64,000 nucleotides of DNA, from assembly GCA_000092065.1 (NCBI GenBank), contig CP000587.1, one strand, 5' to 3'. The translations under genes and the position numbers were made by a program. The stretch is from Ostreococcus lucimarinus (taxonomy: Eukaryota). The notes below the pieces were generated by a model. It was not told where the DNA came from, did no database searches, and was given only the letters and a program-made list of their open reading frames with translations. Positions 11,340-21,224 of this stretch are shown one piece after another. How positions within the stretch are numbered: position 1 is the stretch's first letter; every line of letters begins with the position of its first letter.

Positions 11340-12464
11340 TCAACTCGCGCCGATGCCTCGAAACGCGCCAGCGGCGTCGAGAGCTTTGACGCTGCACGCG
11401 GCGACCACACCGACGGAAGTCGCCGCGCACGCCCCGACGACGAACGGCGCCACACCGACGCCGCTAAGCGCCGACGCGCTCATGCATAAACCGACCGCCG
11501 CCATGGATGTCGGCAAAACCACGTTGGACGCGAAATCCCCCGTCGCCTTGTGGAAACGCTTCCACCGCGCGTCGTCGCGAACGGATTCCGTGGCGTCCCC
11601 GAGCGAACGCAGCGCCGCCATCGCGACGAACGCGATCAAAAACCCCGGCACGAGCGCCGGACGCTTCGCCGCCGCGCCCGCGCCCGCGTCCGCGCTCCTG
11701 AACGCGTACGCGAGATACGGAATCGCCAACGCCAGGGTGAGATTTCTCGTCAACTTTGTCACCGTCGCCGCCTTAAACGCCATCTCATCCTCGAACGCGT
11801 CTCGAAACGTCATCCCTGCCCCGACGACCTGCGCCGTATCGTGCACGCTGAGCCCCAAAAACACCCCCGCCGGGACGCCGCCCTCCGGAAACAACCGCTT
11901 CGCCGCCCACGGATACGCCAGCATCCCGAGCGTCCCGTACGCCGCCACGTTCGCCACCGCCACCCCAATCTCCCGCTGACTCGCCCCGATCGCCGGCGCC
12001 AGTCCCCCGATCGCCGTCACGCCGCACACGCTCGTTCCCGCCGCCAGCAGCGCGCCCACCTTTCGCGTCAGCCCGCTCGCCGGTCCGAACCTTTCGCTCG
12101 CCGCCCTTCGCAGCGCCGGCGTCGCCGCGAGCCCGGTCGTCACCGTCGCCGCGATCGCCGGCGCCGCCGCCGTCGCCGTCTCCCCGATCTCGCGCAACGA
12201 AAGCTTCGCCCCCAGCGCGGCGATCCCGAGTTTCAGCCCTCGATCCGCGCACGCCCGCGCGCCCGGCTCGAAGATTCTCGCGAACGCGGCCTCGCGCGTT
12301 CGAAATCTTCGTCGCAGCAGCGCCCCCCCGGCGATCGCGAGCGGCGCCGCGGGCGCGGGCGACGCCCCGTCGCGGTTCGCGACGCGTCCGATCGCGCCCG
12401 ACGTCGCCGTCGCGAGCGCGCACGTCGCGAGCGCGAGCGCGACGCCCGCGGCTTTCGTCGCCAT
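11340..12464 (-). CDS. YeiH/UPF0324-family integral membrane protein
   Basis: Blocks KLGIAALGAKLSL, LLAAGTSVCGVTAIGGLAPAI and GVFLGLSVHDTAQVVGAG resemble YeiH. The ORF start at 12686 is GTG, so I re-anchored to ATG 12464 (MATKAAGVALALA). Confidence 0.6.
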   Translation of the reverse strand: MATKAAGVALALATCALATATSGAIGRVANRDGASPAPAAPLAIAGGALLRRRFRTREAAFARIFEPGARACADRGLKLGIAALGAKLSLREIGETATAAAPAIAATVTTGLAATPALRRAASERFGPASGLTRKVGALLAAGTSVCGVTAIGGLAPAIGASQREIGVAVANVAAYGTLGMLAYPWAAKRLFPEGGVPAGVFLGLSVHDTAQVVGAGMTFRDAFEDEMAFKAATVTKLTRNLTLALAIPYLAYAFRSADAGAGAAAKRPALVPGFLIAFVAMAALRSLGDATESVRDDARWKRFHKATGDFASNVVLPTSMAAVGLCMSASALSGVGVAPFVVGACAATSVGVVAACSVKALDAAGAFRGIGAS

Positions 12465-12642
12465 CGCGTCGGCAACCGCCGCGACAGAGCGACGCGGAGT
12501 GACGACGCGCGACGGCGCGACGGCGCGCGCGTTCGGGCGCGGGCGCGAAGAAAAAATCGACTCGCTCGACGGCGCGGTCGACGGGACGAGGCGCGACGGC
12601 GGCGAGCGACGGCGCGACGAAGACGCGAAGACGGACGACGAA

Positions 12643-14418
12643 ATGACGGCGGGCGCGCGGACGACGACGACGCTGGAGCGGTACACGCCGCGGGACGCGG
12701 ACCCGGACGAGGTGTTCGAGGAGATGATTTTGGATTGGCGCGCGAATCCGCGGGTGAAGCTGCGGCGAAGGCGCGAGTGGGGGTGGGACGCGAGGGACGC
12801 GGCGACGACGGCGGCGCTGAGCGCGGCGTGGACGCTGGGACCGGCGACGCTGGCGTGGACGGCGGCGAAGGCGTACGTGAATCGGGGAAGCGCGATGGAG
12901 CGAAGGAAGAAAAAGTGGGGGGTCGTGATGGCGCTCGCGGCGAGCGAATTGGGGTGGTACGCGCACAGGCGAGGGGTCGGGAAGCGATTCGACGACGACG
13001 AAAATATGAAGGCGACGCCGACGCGACGGGATTTCGATCGGTTCTTGCAGCTTCGCTACGACGGAGTGTTGGATTTTAACGCGTACATCAGGGGATGGAT
13101 GAAGACGTGGAAGAGTTTCGCGTTCGGTGAACGCGAGAATCCGTTTCGGGCGACGCCGTCGAGCCCGCCCTTGTCCAGGGCGTCGACGCCCGGGATCGAT
13201 CGCGCCGAGTCGCCGGCGTTTCACCGAGAGACGGCGCTGGATTTTTTACGTTTCGGCTTTCACGACGCGCTGAGCGCGGAAGAGATCGGCGAGCGCAAAG
13301 AGCGGGAGCTGAGGACATTCATGGAGGAAATTGAGGCGCACTGGAACTTGAAATTCGACGACAACGCGGCGAGGGAATCGTTCGAGTTTATGTTTCACAC
13401 AAAGGAAAAGCTCGGGGCGTTGCATCAACCGCTGTTGTTCACCGCGTGGGTGAACGGTGTGGCGGGCGTGACCGGGCTGGCGTTACACGCGTTGGGATTT
13501 AAATTGTATCACGGCGCCAACGGGTGTTCGTACTGGGCGAACTGCGAAATCGTCGAGAATAATTGGAAGCGACGACGCGCGAGGACGGCGACGCGAGAGA
13601 CGAGGCACGGCCGAGGCGTCGAGACGAGACCGGTGTTGTGCGGAGACGCGGGCGACGCGAGCGACGGCGATACGAAGCCAATCATTTTCGTCCACGGCCT
13701 GGGCGTCGGACTCGCGCCGTATGTTCCGCACATCGCGCAACTCTTGCGCAGCAGACCGAATCGCAAAATCGCCATGCTGACGCTTCCTCACATTAGCATG
13801 CGAGCGGTGCCGAAGGTGCCTGAACTCGACGACATGGTGGACACGGTGGTGGAAATCACGAAGAAGCACGCATTTCGCGCGCCAGCGCTGTACGGACACA
13901 GTTTCGGCACCTTTGTCGTGGCGAGGACGTGTCAAAGGTTTTGCGTGAGTTCAATCGTGCTCCTCGATCCGGTTTGCGTGTGCTTGTGCTTACCGCAAAC
14001 TGTAGGTATTTTATACCAGCTCAATAAGAGCTGGGTCGACTTCAGGAATAGACTCATGGAAGGTCCGCGAACGCTCGCGACCGCGTCGTTTTGGCGCGAT
14101 GGAAATGCATTGTTGTACTTTTTGTTGCGCGACTACTTTCTTCTTCGAGAAATCGGCGTCATGACGGCGCTTCGAAGAAAGTTTTGGTGGGCTCGTTATA
14201 ACTTGTGGGCGGACGATTTGCCGGTGGACTCACTCATCGTGCTCGAATCGAATGATCTATTGCTCGACACGGACGCCATCTGCAGGCACGTGTTGAGGCA
14301 ATCAAAGGCGCGAATTATTTGGCAAGAGAAATTCGCGCACGGCGAATTTTGCATGCCGTGGGGATACGGCTTGCGAAGCGACGTTGTCGACTTCTTAGAC
14401 GCGTTAAAGAACGCGTAA
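12643..14418 (+). CDS. Alpha/beta-hydrolase fold protein (GHSFG nucleophile elbow)
   Basis: IIFVHGLGVGLAPY and YGHSFGTFVVAR are present. The ORF start at 12499 is GTG; the first ATG is at 12643. Confidence 0.5.
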   Translation: MTAGARTTTTLERYTPRDADPDEVFEEMILDWRANPRVKLRRRREWGWDARDAATTAALSAAWTLGPATLAWTAAKAYVNRGSAMERRKKKWGVVMALAASELGWYAHRRGVGKRFDDDENMKATPTRRDFDRFLQLRYDGVLDFNAYIRGWMKTWKSFAFGERENPFRATPSSPPLSRASTPGIDRAESPAFHRETALDFLRFGFHDALSAEEIGERKERELRTFMEEIEAHWNLKFDDNAARESFEFMFHTKEKLGALHQPLLFTAWVNGVAGVTGLALHALGFKLYHGANGCSYWANCEIVENNWKRRRARTATRETRHGRGVETRPVLCGDAGDASDGDTKPIIFVHGLGVGLAPYVPHIAQLLRSRPNRKIAMLTLPHISMRAVPKVPELDDMVDTVVEITKKHAFRAPALYGHSFGTFVVARTCQRFCVSSIVLLDPVCVCLCLPQTVGILYQLNKSWVDFRNRLMEGPRTLATASFWRDGNALLYFLLRDYFLLREIGVMTALRRKFWWARYNLWADDLPVDSLIVLESNDLLLDTDAICRHVLRQSKARIIWQEKFAHGEFCMPWGYGLRSDVVDFLDALKNA

Positions 14419-14520
14419 TAGGCGCTCATGCCGTGATATTGGTGTAATAATGAGAATAGCTAATTGATCTTCGCTCTTTTACACGCAAGCGAGCTAATGG
14501 TACATTTGTTTCACATTTTT

Positions 14521-17500
14521 CTAGCGCCACTCGACGAAGTGTTGGCGCAGTTGCTTTGGTCGACAAGAGCGACCTTCTTCGAGGTTGAACTTGTAGCAAA
14601 CTCCTTGACGCAGTTCCATCGGGAACAAATCCGGATGGAGAATTCGAGCTAAAGTCTCCACACCATCAACGAGTTGTGGACCGGCTTGACAAATCATTTC
14701 GTGGGAGAGAACGAAGACGCGGCGATCGCGCACGGCAGGAATCACCCACCAACCCGGCTGACTCGCCAAATGTTCTAGCTGTTCGAGCGTCCTCTCCATG
14801 GTTTCTTCGGATGATTTACCTATGTAGCAAGGCACGAGAAGTAACACATCTGGGCCGTACGACAGCACTTGCTCCCATCGCATGCGCTCAGCTGAAACGC
14901 CCGGTTCGTGAAGTTCGTCGATACCGCCGGCGATTGATTTCATCTCGGGCAGCCAGTGTCCGCCGGCGACGAGAGGTTTGATGCCTTCCAAAGACATGAC
15001 CTTCGGCCTTTCGTCAGCCGTGGCGACGACACGAGCGATAGTACGCAAACGTGATCGAAGCTGCGTCAGCAAAGTCACCGCCTTTTCCTTTACACCGCAC
15101 AAAATCCCGATTTGAAGAATCACGTCCAAGACGTCGCTCAGCGTCTTTGGAGCGACGGGGAAGATTGACGGCCGCGACGCGTCGACTTCCAAGGAATCTT
15201 CGTCCGAATCAAACTCTGCGTTCGTCAAGAAAACTTCGGCTTCGTGTAGAAACTTGGCGGTGCCAAAACGCACATCGGTGCACTGTGAGCACACGTCTGG
15301 GGTGAAGATGAGTCGAGCCTCTGCGTGGCGCACAAAGTTGACGTCGAAGAAACACCATTTGTCGAGCGCGCTCACGTGCGACGACGAGCTATGCCTGGCC
15401 TCCAAACGAGTCAGCGAGTTGTAGCTCGACCCGTGATGAGTTCCACCAAAAAATTCGAAATCGCCATTCAAAGAGTTCGAAGACTTCTTTCGATTGTCAG
15501 CGAGACCAGCGCTCGATTGCGGCAAAGCGAGAGAGTGCAAGTGTCTGGCGACGATTTTTGGGTAATCCGTGATGTCCTCTGGAAGCACGCACGCCTCCGT
15601 GATGCCGACGATTCGATCGCCGACGCCAAGTGCATAGAGGATAGATGTCGCAGTCGTGGAAAGGGAAATTATCGACCCCACCGATTGCGGCAACGGAAGC
15701 TGCAGCTGCGAAGGCGCGTGGAGATGATCCGCCATGACTTGCGGCGCGGCGCCAAAGTATAAGTGCAGAGCCACATCGAGCTCGGGTTGCGTCGTTGACT
15801 TACGAGGCATTCCCGAGAGTTTCGATATTTGCGCACCCAGTGACTGCATCGACGCCGATGAGCGCGAGCGGAACATTCCTAATCCCTCCGCCGAGTCCAA
15901 GTCAACCGAGTACTCGCGGAAGTCGCGAGACATCGCACGAGCGCGCCGCGGCGGCAAAACCTGTTTGACTTTTTCTGGTGAATCCGACTGCGCTGACCGC
16001 GCGAGCATCTCTTCCTCGCTCATACTCCTGCTTCGTTCGAGAGCCTTGTCGAACTTTCTCGAACTGATTGGCGTCAGAGGTCCGAAGCTCTTGCTCATCG
16101 TCCTTCGTGAAACCATCGCCGCGCGCGCCGCGGCTTCCGCCGCGCCCGGCGGCACGCTTCTGCACGACTCAACGAACGAGGAAGCCAAAGATGGATTAGC
16201 GCCAAAGTGAAGGTGTAACTGCGATACCAGCACATTGTTCCACGCGAAACCGTCGAGATTGATCGAGTTTTTGCCCTTGCCGAATTTTCGTTCCTGCTTC
16301 ACCTCGTACGTCGCGCCCCAGCCGATGGCGACTTTATCCTCCGTCACGCGCATCTTGCTCGGTCTATCGCCGTGTATTTCGCTGTATCGAAACGTCTGAC
16401 CTCGAACGACTTCACCCTCGTTGAACAAAGGATTTCCGGGCGCAATAGTGATCTCGGCGTATCCCGTCTTCACCGAACTCGTGAGTCGCGTCGCGAAGGG
16501 CGCGACGCCGCACATGGATCGAGGCGAGCTCCCATCCGGCGCTGAGAGCGACTGCGAAAGGAACATCAATCCACCGCATTCGGCGTACACCACGCCTCCT
16601 GCTGTGGCAAACGCCGTCACCGCCGATCGTAAAGGCCGATTCTTGAACAAGGCCTGCGCGTGAAACTCGGGATAACCTCCGCCAAAGATGACGCCTTGGA
16701 CGTCGCTCGGCAATCCTTCGCCGGCTATCGGACTAAAGTAGACTAATTCCGCCCCCGCGTCTTCCAACTTGGCTAAATTTTCGGGATAGTAGAAGCAAAA
16801 CGCTTCGTCTCGAGCGACAGCGATGCGCACTTTCGGCTTTGACGGCCCCGCCTCGAGTTCCTCTCGCATGGCGCGTTCGAGCGCCAAATCGCGCGCGACG
16901 CGCGGCGAAATTTCGTACGCCGGCATCGCTTCGAACAACGCGTCGAGATCGACGTTTTGCTCGAGCAACATCGCCATGTGCTGAATTTTCTGCTCCATGG
17001 CGTCGTCACTCGTCGTCGCCGCGCTCGTTGGATCAAACGTGGGCCCGTTGGTGTCCTTGGGAATCCCCCCGAAGACGTCCACGTGCGCCATCGCCGCCAA
17101 GAGACTTTCTCGCAAGTACTCCGTGTGCGCCTCACCACCGGTTTTGTTGAAAACCACCCCCACCAAATTCAACTCCGCGTCGAATTCTCTGTACCCCTTG
17201 ATCACCGCCGCCACCGAGCGCGCCATGGCGTTACAATCCACCACCAGCAGCACCCCCGCCTCGAGCCACTTTGCCATCTGCGCCGTCGATCCGTCCTCGC
17301 TCATCCCATCTCTCCCATCGTACAGCCCCATCACCCCGTCCACGATCGCCACGTCGCACGTCTCCGCGTGTTTCGCCACCACCCTCGCCACCGCTCCCGC
17401 GCTCATCATGTACCCATCCAGATTTTCGCTCTCCCGCGCGTCCCCGCTCTGGCTCCGCAGCGCCGATCGGTGCGCCATGGGATCCACGAAATCGCACCCA

Positions 17501-17613
17501 ACCTTGAACGCTCGCACTCGCAGTCCCCGTCTCGCGTACGCCAGCATCAACGCCGTCGCGATCGTCGTCTTCCCCACCCCCGAGTGCGTTCCCGCGACGA
17601 CCACCACCTTCAT
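14521..17613 (-). CDS. Fusion protein: CbiA/CobB-type cobyrinic-acid a,c-diamide synthase (P-loop plus glutamine amidotransferase) with a C-terminal class-III periplasmic-binding-protein (BtuF-like) domain
   Basis: The N-terminus is MKVVVVAGTHSGVGKTTIATALMLAYARRGLRVRAFKVGCDFVDP (CbiA signature). The GATase Cys motif is VYAECGGLMFL. The C-terminus has IISLSTTATSILYALGVGDRIVGITEACVLPEDITDYPKIV ... PDVLLLVPC ... ARILHPDL, typical of BtuF/FhuD-type binding proteins. Start re-anchored to ATG 17613; the upstream ORF extension to 18378 is low-complexity. Confidence 0.7.
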   Translation of the reverse strand: MKVVVVAGTHSGVGKTTIATALMLAYARRGLRVRAFKVGCDFVDPMAHRSALRSQSGDARESENLDGYMMSAGAVARVVAKHAETCDVAIVDGVMGLYDGRDGMSEDGSTAQMAKWLEAGVLLVVDCNAMARSVAAVIKGYREFDAELNLVGVVFNKTGGEAHTEYLRESLLAAMAHVDVFGGIPKDTNGPTFDPTSAATTSDDAMEQKIQHMAMLLEQNVDLDALFEAMPAYEISPRVARDLALERAMREELEAGPSKPKVRIAVARDEAFCFYYPENLAKLEDAGAELVYFSPIAGEGLPSDVQGVIFGGGYPEFHAQALFKNRPLRSAVTAFATAGGVVYAECGGLMFLSQSLSAPDGSSPRSMCGVAPFATRLTSSVKTGYAEITIAPGNPLFNEGEVVRGQTFRYSEIHGDRPSKMRVTEDKVAIGWGATYEVKQERKFGKGKNSINLDGFAWNNVLVSQLHLHFGANPSLASSFVESCRSVPPGAAEAAARAAMVSRRTMSKSFGPLTPISSRKFDKALERSRSMSEEEMLARSAQSDSPEKVKQVLPPRRARAMSRDFREYSVDLDSAEGLGMFRSRSSASMQSLGAQISKLSGMPRKSTTQPELDVALHLYFGAAPQVMADHLHAPSQLQLPLPQSVGSIISLSTTATSILYALGVGDRIVGITEACVLPEDITDYPKIVARHLHSLALPQSSAGLADNRKKSSNSLNGDFEFFGGTHHGSSYNSLTRLEARHSSSSHVSALDKWCFFDVNFVRHAEARLIFTPDVCSQCTDVRFGTAKFLHEAEVFLTNAEFDSDEDSLEVDASRPSIFPVAPKTLSDVLDVILQIGILCGVKEKAVTLLTQLRSRLRTIARVVATADERPKVMSLEGIKPLVAGGHWLPEMKSIAGGIDELHEPGVSAERMRWEQVLSYGPDVLLLVPCYIGKSSEETMERTLEQLEHLASQPGWWVIPAVRDRRVFVLSHEMICQAGPQLVDGVETLARILHPDLFPMELRQGVCYKFNLEEGRSCRPKQLRQHFVEWR

Positions 17614-17812
17614 CGCGCTCGATCGTTCGCGCGCGCTCGAGCTCTCGACGTCTCGTCCCTCTCGCGCGTCGTCGCGCGCGTCGTCGCGCTCGATCCGTCC
17701 CGCGCGCTTCCGCTCGACGCTGACGCTCGACGCGCGTTCGCTCGCGCGCGCTCGCGCGTTCGCGCGTCCCCGCGTCTCGCGCGCGTCGCGCCGTGCGGCG
17801 CCGGCGCCAACG

Positions 17813-17844
17813 GGTCGGTCGGTCGGTCGGTCGGTCGGTCGGTC
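17813..17844. repeat. (GGTC)8 microsatellite in the 5' region of the CbiA-like gene
   Basis: ggtcggtcggtcggtcggtcggtcggtcggtc is read directly from the sequence. Confidence 0.9.
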
Positions 17845-18342
17845 CGTGTTTGTAAAACGGTCGGTCGCCGCGGCGCAAGCCCTAAGCCGGCGACGGCGCG
17901 CGACACACGGCGACGCGACGATGAACGCGCTCACGCACGCGATGCTCACGTCGAGGGCGACGATTAGAGGGAACGGCTTAGCCACGTCGGTGACGACGAC
18001 GCCGAGGAGAGGTGCGCGCGCGAGACGCGAAGACCGAAGACCGAAGACGCGCGAGGAGACGCGAGGGAACGCGATGGGGGGGCGACGACGGGACGCGCGC
18101 GAAGCGCGCGCGATGGGAGTGGACGCGCGAGGGCGCGCGAATGGAGGGTAGAAATGCGCGGGCGTCGAGCGGGACGCGCGAACGCGCGCGACGGGGGTCG
18201 CGGCGCGGGAAGTCGGCGCGACGCGAATGGGGCGCGGAAACCCCGAGGGTTGGGGAAACCCTGGAGCGAGGGTCGGCGAGCGAGGACTGACGAATGATGC
18301 GCGATTCTCGCGAGCGCAGCCGCCGTGGTGACTTCGGCGAAG

Positions 18343-18836
18343 ATGACGCCCAAGGAAGCGAAGCGTCAGCAGCGACACCGCAAGATTCGATCCAAGGTGC
18401 GTCGATGGATCGAGAGTCGCGAAGACGCGAGCGACGACGGACGCCCCCTCGCGAAGACGCGAGGCGAGACGAGCGCGAGAGACTGACGAGCGATGCGATC
18501 GTCCGTTTCCATCGATAGATTTCCGGATCGTCCGAACGCCCGCGCATTTCCGTGTACAGATCGAACCAGCACGTCTACGTCCAAGTCATCGATGACGAAA
18601 ACCAAAAAACCATCGCCGCGCTCGGGACGATGAGCGCGTCCGTCAAGGCCGTCATCGGGAGCGAGGAGTGGAAGGGCAAGACCGTGGAGTCTGCGGAGCA
18701 AGTCGGGAAGATGCTCGGTGCCGTGTGCGTCGAAAAGGGCATCACGCAGGCTGTGTTCGACCGCGGTGGATTCCTCTACCACGGCCGCGTCAAGGCCATC
18801 GCCGACGGCGCTCGCGCCGCCGGCGTCGCGATGTGA
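18343..18836 (+). CDS. Organellar bacterial-type ribosomal protein uL18, exons 18343..18396 and 18519..18836 (possible further 5' exon)
   Basis: Exon 2 reads MTPKEAKRQQRHRKIRSK. Exon 3 reads ISGSSERPRISVYRSNQHVYVQVIDD...VFDRGGFLYHGRVKAIADGARAAGV, a strong L18 match. The joining intron starts GTGCGTCGATGG and ends ...GACTGACGAGCGATGCGATCG...ATCGATAG. Another introner-like 3' end lies at about 18283..18319, so an additional upstream exon (targeting peptide) is likely. Confidence 0.75.
18397..18518 (+). repeat. uL18 intron, introner-like element
   Basis: A 122-nt intron with a gtgcgtcgatgg donor and gagagactgacgagcgatgcgatcgtccgtttccatcgatag at its 3' end. Confidence 0.6.
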
Positions 18837-19148
18837 GCGCGCTCCGCGAATGCGACGCTCGCGCTCGTCTCGATCGCCGCGCCTCGCGCGCGCGTCTCGA
18901 TCGAGCGCGTCGTTGTTGTTTAGATCATATTCATCTTCACTTTGTAATCGTGAACTGTTAGCAGCAAAAACACTCGCCTCGCCGCCGCCTCGGCCTCGCC
19001 GCGCCTTGGATAAGGGGATAAGTGACGTCAGCCATCGAACGCGGTCGCGAGCCATCGCGTCGCGGCACACGCCGGCGCGTCGAGACCCGCGTCTTGACGC
19101 TCGATCGCTCGCGCGCTCGACGCACGAACACTTCGCGCGCGCGCACCG

Positions 19149-20186
19149 ATGCACGCCCAAGCGCGCACCGCGCGCGCCGTCGACGTCGCGCGAACGACGT
19201 CCAAAAAGCAAAAGCATCACAGCCAACGCGCGGTGTCCGCGCGCGCGGCGGCGACGAGCGAGACGACGACGAGCGTCGGAGTGAGGATAGGAAGCGCGAG
19301 CGTCAAAGGGACGGTTCGTAAGCAAAACGAGGATCGATTCTCGACGTACGCGCCGAAGACGAAACCCGAAGACGGGACGCCGAGCTTGATCGCGAGCGTC
19401 TTCGACGGTCACGGAGGCAAAGCGGTGAGCGAATGGCTGCGAGAAAACTTGAACGAGTTCATTCTGGGGGAGTGGAAGCAGGCTGATTTTCCACTCGACG
19501 CGCTGCGAACGGCGTGCTTGAAGGCGGACCAGGTTTTGGTGGCGCCGCAGGAGGGATTTTTCGCGTCGTTTGGCGAGCGAGGCGTCGGCGGGTCCAAGTG
19601 CGGGAGCACGGCGGTCATCGTGGCGTTGTATGAGGAGGGCGGTTCCAAGCGCTTGGCCACGGCGAACGTTGGCGATGCGCGTATTTTGTTGGTCCGCGAT
19701 GGGAAGGCGTTGCAGTTGAGCGTTGATCACGTGCCGGATGACGAAGCCGAGCGCAAGCGCATCGATCGCGGCAACCCGAACTTGCGCCAGTCGCTCGTGA
19801 AGTTTACCGAAGGTTCTTGGCGAGTCGGTGGTGTCTTGGCGCTTTCGCGCGCGTTCGGTGATTCCTTCTTGAAGGAAAGCGGTCGCTTCGAAGGCATCGG
19901 CGAGAAGAACGCGGATTATGGCAGTGGATTTGGCTTGAACGCCGAGCCGGATTGCTACATTGAGCAAATCACGGCGGCCGACTCGTGGGTCATGCTTTCC
20001 TCCGATGGTTTGTTCGAGAACCCCGAACGCGGTGGTGGTGGCGGTTGGACGAACCAAGAGATCGCCGATTTCTTGACCTCGGCGCCCGCGGACGCGGAGC
20101 CGGAGACGCTCGCGAAGGAGCTCATCGCGCAAGCCGTCGCCAAGGGTAGCACGGATGACGTGACGGTTCAACTTTTGCGCCTCTGA
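19149..20186 (+). CDS. Protein phosphatase 2C (PP2C)
   Basis: ATG at 19149. PP2C motifs are present (SVFDGHGG, GSTAVIVAL, GDARILLVRDG, LALSRAFGD, LSSDGLF, TDDVTV). Confidence 0.8.
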   Translation: MHAQARTARAVDVARTTSKKQKHHSQRAVSARAAATSETTTSVGVRIGSASVKGTVRKQNEDRFSTYAPKTKPEDGTPSLIASVFDGHGGKAVSEWLRENLNEFILGEWKQADFPLDALRTACLKADQVLVAPQEGFFASFGERGVGGSKCGSTAVIVALYEEGGSKRLATANVGDARILLVRDGKALQLSVDHVPDDEAERKRIDRGNPNLRQSLVKFTEGSWRVGGVLALSRAFGDSFLKESGRFEGIGEKNADYGSGFGLNAEPDCYIEQITAADSWVMLSSDGLFENPERGGGGGWTNQEIADFLTSAPADAEPETLAKELIAQAVAKGSTDDVTVQLLRL

Positions 20187-20376
20187 GCGCGTTCGCGCGA
20201 GCGACGATCACAGTAGGAACCCCATCGACGATCTCGACGAGTTGTTTTGCAATAACGATAACAAGGAAAAAGCTGCCTCTTTCATTTCAAAGTACGTGCG
20301 CGCGAAATTCCATTGCGAGAAGACTAGTTTACATATTAAGCGCCGTCGGGAAATCGCCCGACCGCCGCGTGGAGTA

Positions 20377-20943
20377 TTAATCCATCAAGTATCCCGCGAT
20401 GAAGCACAAGAAGAAGAACGCCAGCGCACCGTAAATCAACTGCGACTTCTCGCCCTCTGTCATCGCGTTCGTCCCGAGCCCGTAGCCTTGGTTTTGCTCA
20501 AACCCCGCGACTTGCTTCCCGAGCGACTTGAACTTGACCTTCTCCGCCCCGCACGTCGGACAACGCCAGTCATCCGGCAAGTCCTTAAACTGCGTTCCCG
20601 CGCTCACGGGATAGAAATCGTCCCCAACTTTGGGCTTGTATTCGTACATGCAGCTCTGACACTGCCAGTCGCCCTGCCCGATGACGGCGAACTTTTCCAC
20701 CAAATCTGGGTTATCGCGGTTCAGCGCCCCCTTAGCCTCGCTCTGGTTCGCGAACATGTACTCATCGTCCTCTTCTCCCGCCTTCACCGCGACCGAGCGC
20801 GCCGCGCGCGCGTCCAGCGTCGCGCTTCGCGGCGCGATCGCGACCGCGCGCGCGAGGGATGACGTCGACGTGACTTTTCGCGCGTTCGCGGGCGCGAGAC
20901 GGGCGACTCGCGCGCAGCGCGCGCGCGCCATCGTGAGCGTCAT
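20377..20943 (-). CDS. Membrane-anchored rubredoxin (RBD1/RubA-like, plastid)
   Basis: ATG at 20943. A transit-peptide-like N-terminus is followed by a rubredoxin fold (WQCQSCMYEYKP...DLPDDWRCPTCGA) and a C-terminal hydrophobic anchor (LIYGALAFFFLCFIAGYL). Confidence 0.7.
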   Translation of the reverse strand: MTLTMARARCARVARLAPANARKVTSTSSLARAVAIAPRSATLDARAARSVAVKAGEEDDEYMFANQSEAKGALNRDNPDLVEKFAVIGQGDWQCQSCMYEYKPKVGDDFYPVSAGTQFKDLPDDWRCPTCGAEKVKFKSLGKQVAGFEQNQGYGLGTNAMTEGEKSQLIYGALAFFFLCFIAGYLMD

Positions 20944-21224
20944 TACGTTTGTTTCGTTCGCGCGCGAGCGGGGCGACGCGCTCGGGCGTGCGCGACGGCG
21001 TTTGCGGCCGAGACGCGCGACGCGGGCGGTGTCGATGAAGCGGCGCGCGCGGCGCGCGATGACATTTCGTCACAGCGCGACGCGTCGAGCGGTCGCGACG
21101 CGACGCGCGTCGACGAGGCGCGAAAACGACGCGCGCGCGATCGATCGCGCGGGTTCGACGGGCGCGCGATCGCGTCGTGCGAAAGAAACGCGCGATCGCG
21201 CGCGGGGGGAGATAACCGAAAGCC

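Noticed and set aside
11550-13224. Overlapping 509-aa (plus strand) and 479-aa (minus strand) ORFs that are extremely Arg-rich.
   Set aside because: They are out-of-frame or antisense translations of the YeiH-like and hydrolase genes and the GC-rich spacer. They have no start-codon support and no domains.
14521-18378. Possibility that the CbiA-like gene is bacterial contamination or a chimeric contig.
   Set aside because: GC content and codon bias match the flanking eukaryotic genes. The neighbours (hydrolase, uL18 with spliceosomal introns) are within a few hundred bp on the same contig. The protein has a eukaryote-style low-complexity linker.
18366-20171. 601-aa minus-strand ORF spanning the uL18 and PP2C loci.
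   Set aside because: It is antisense to two well-supported plus-strand genes and is low complexity.
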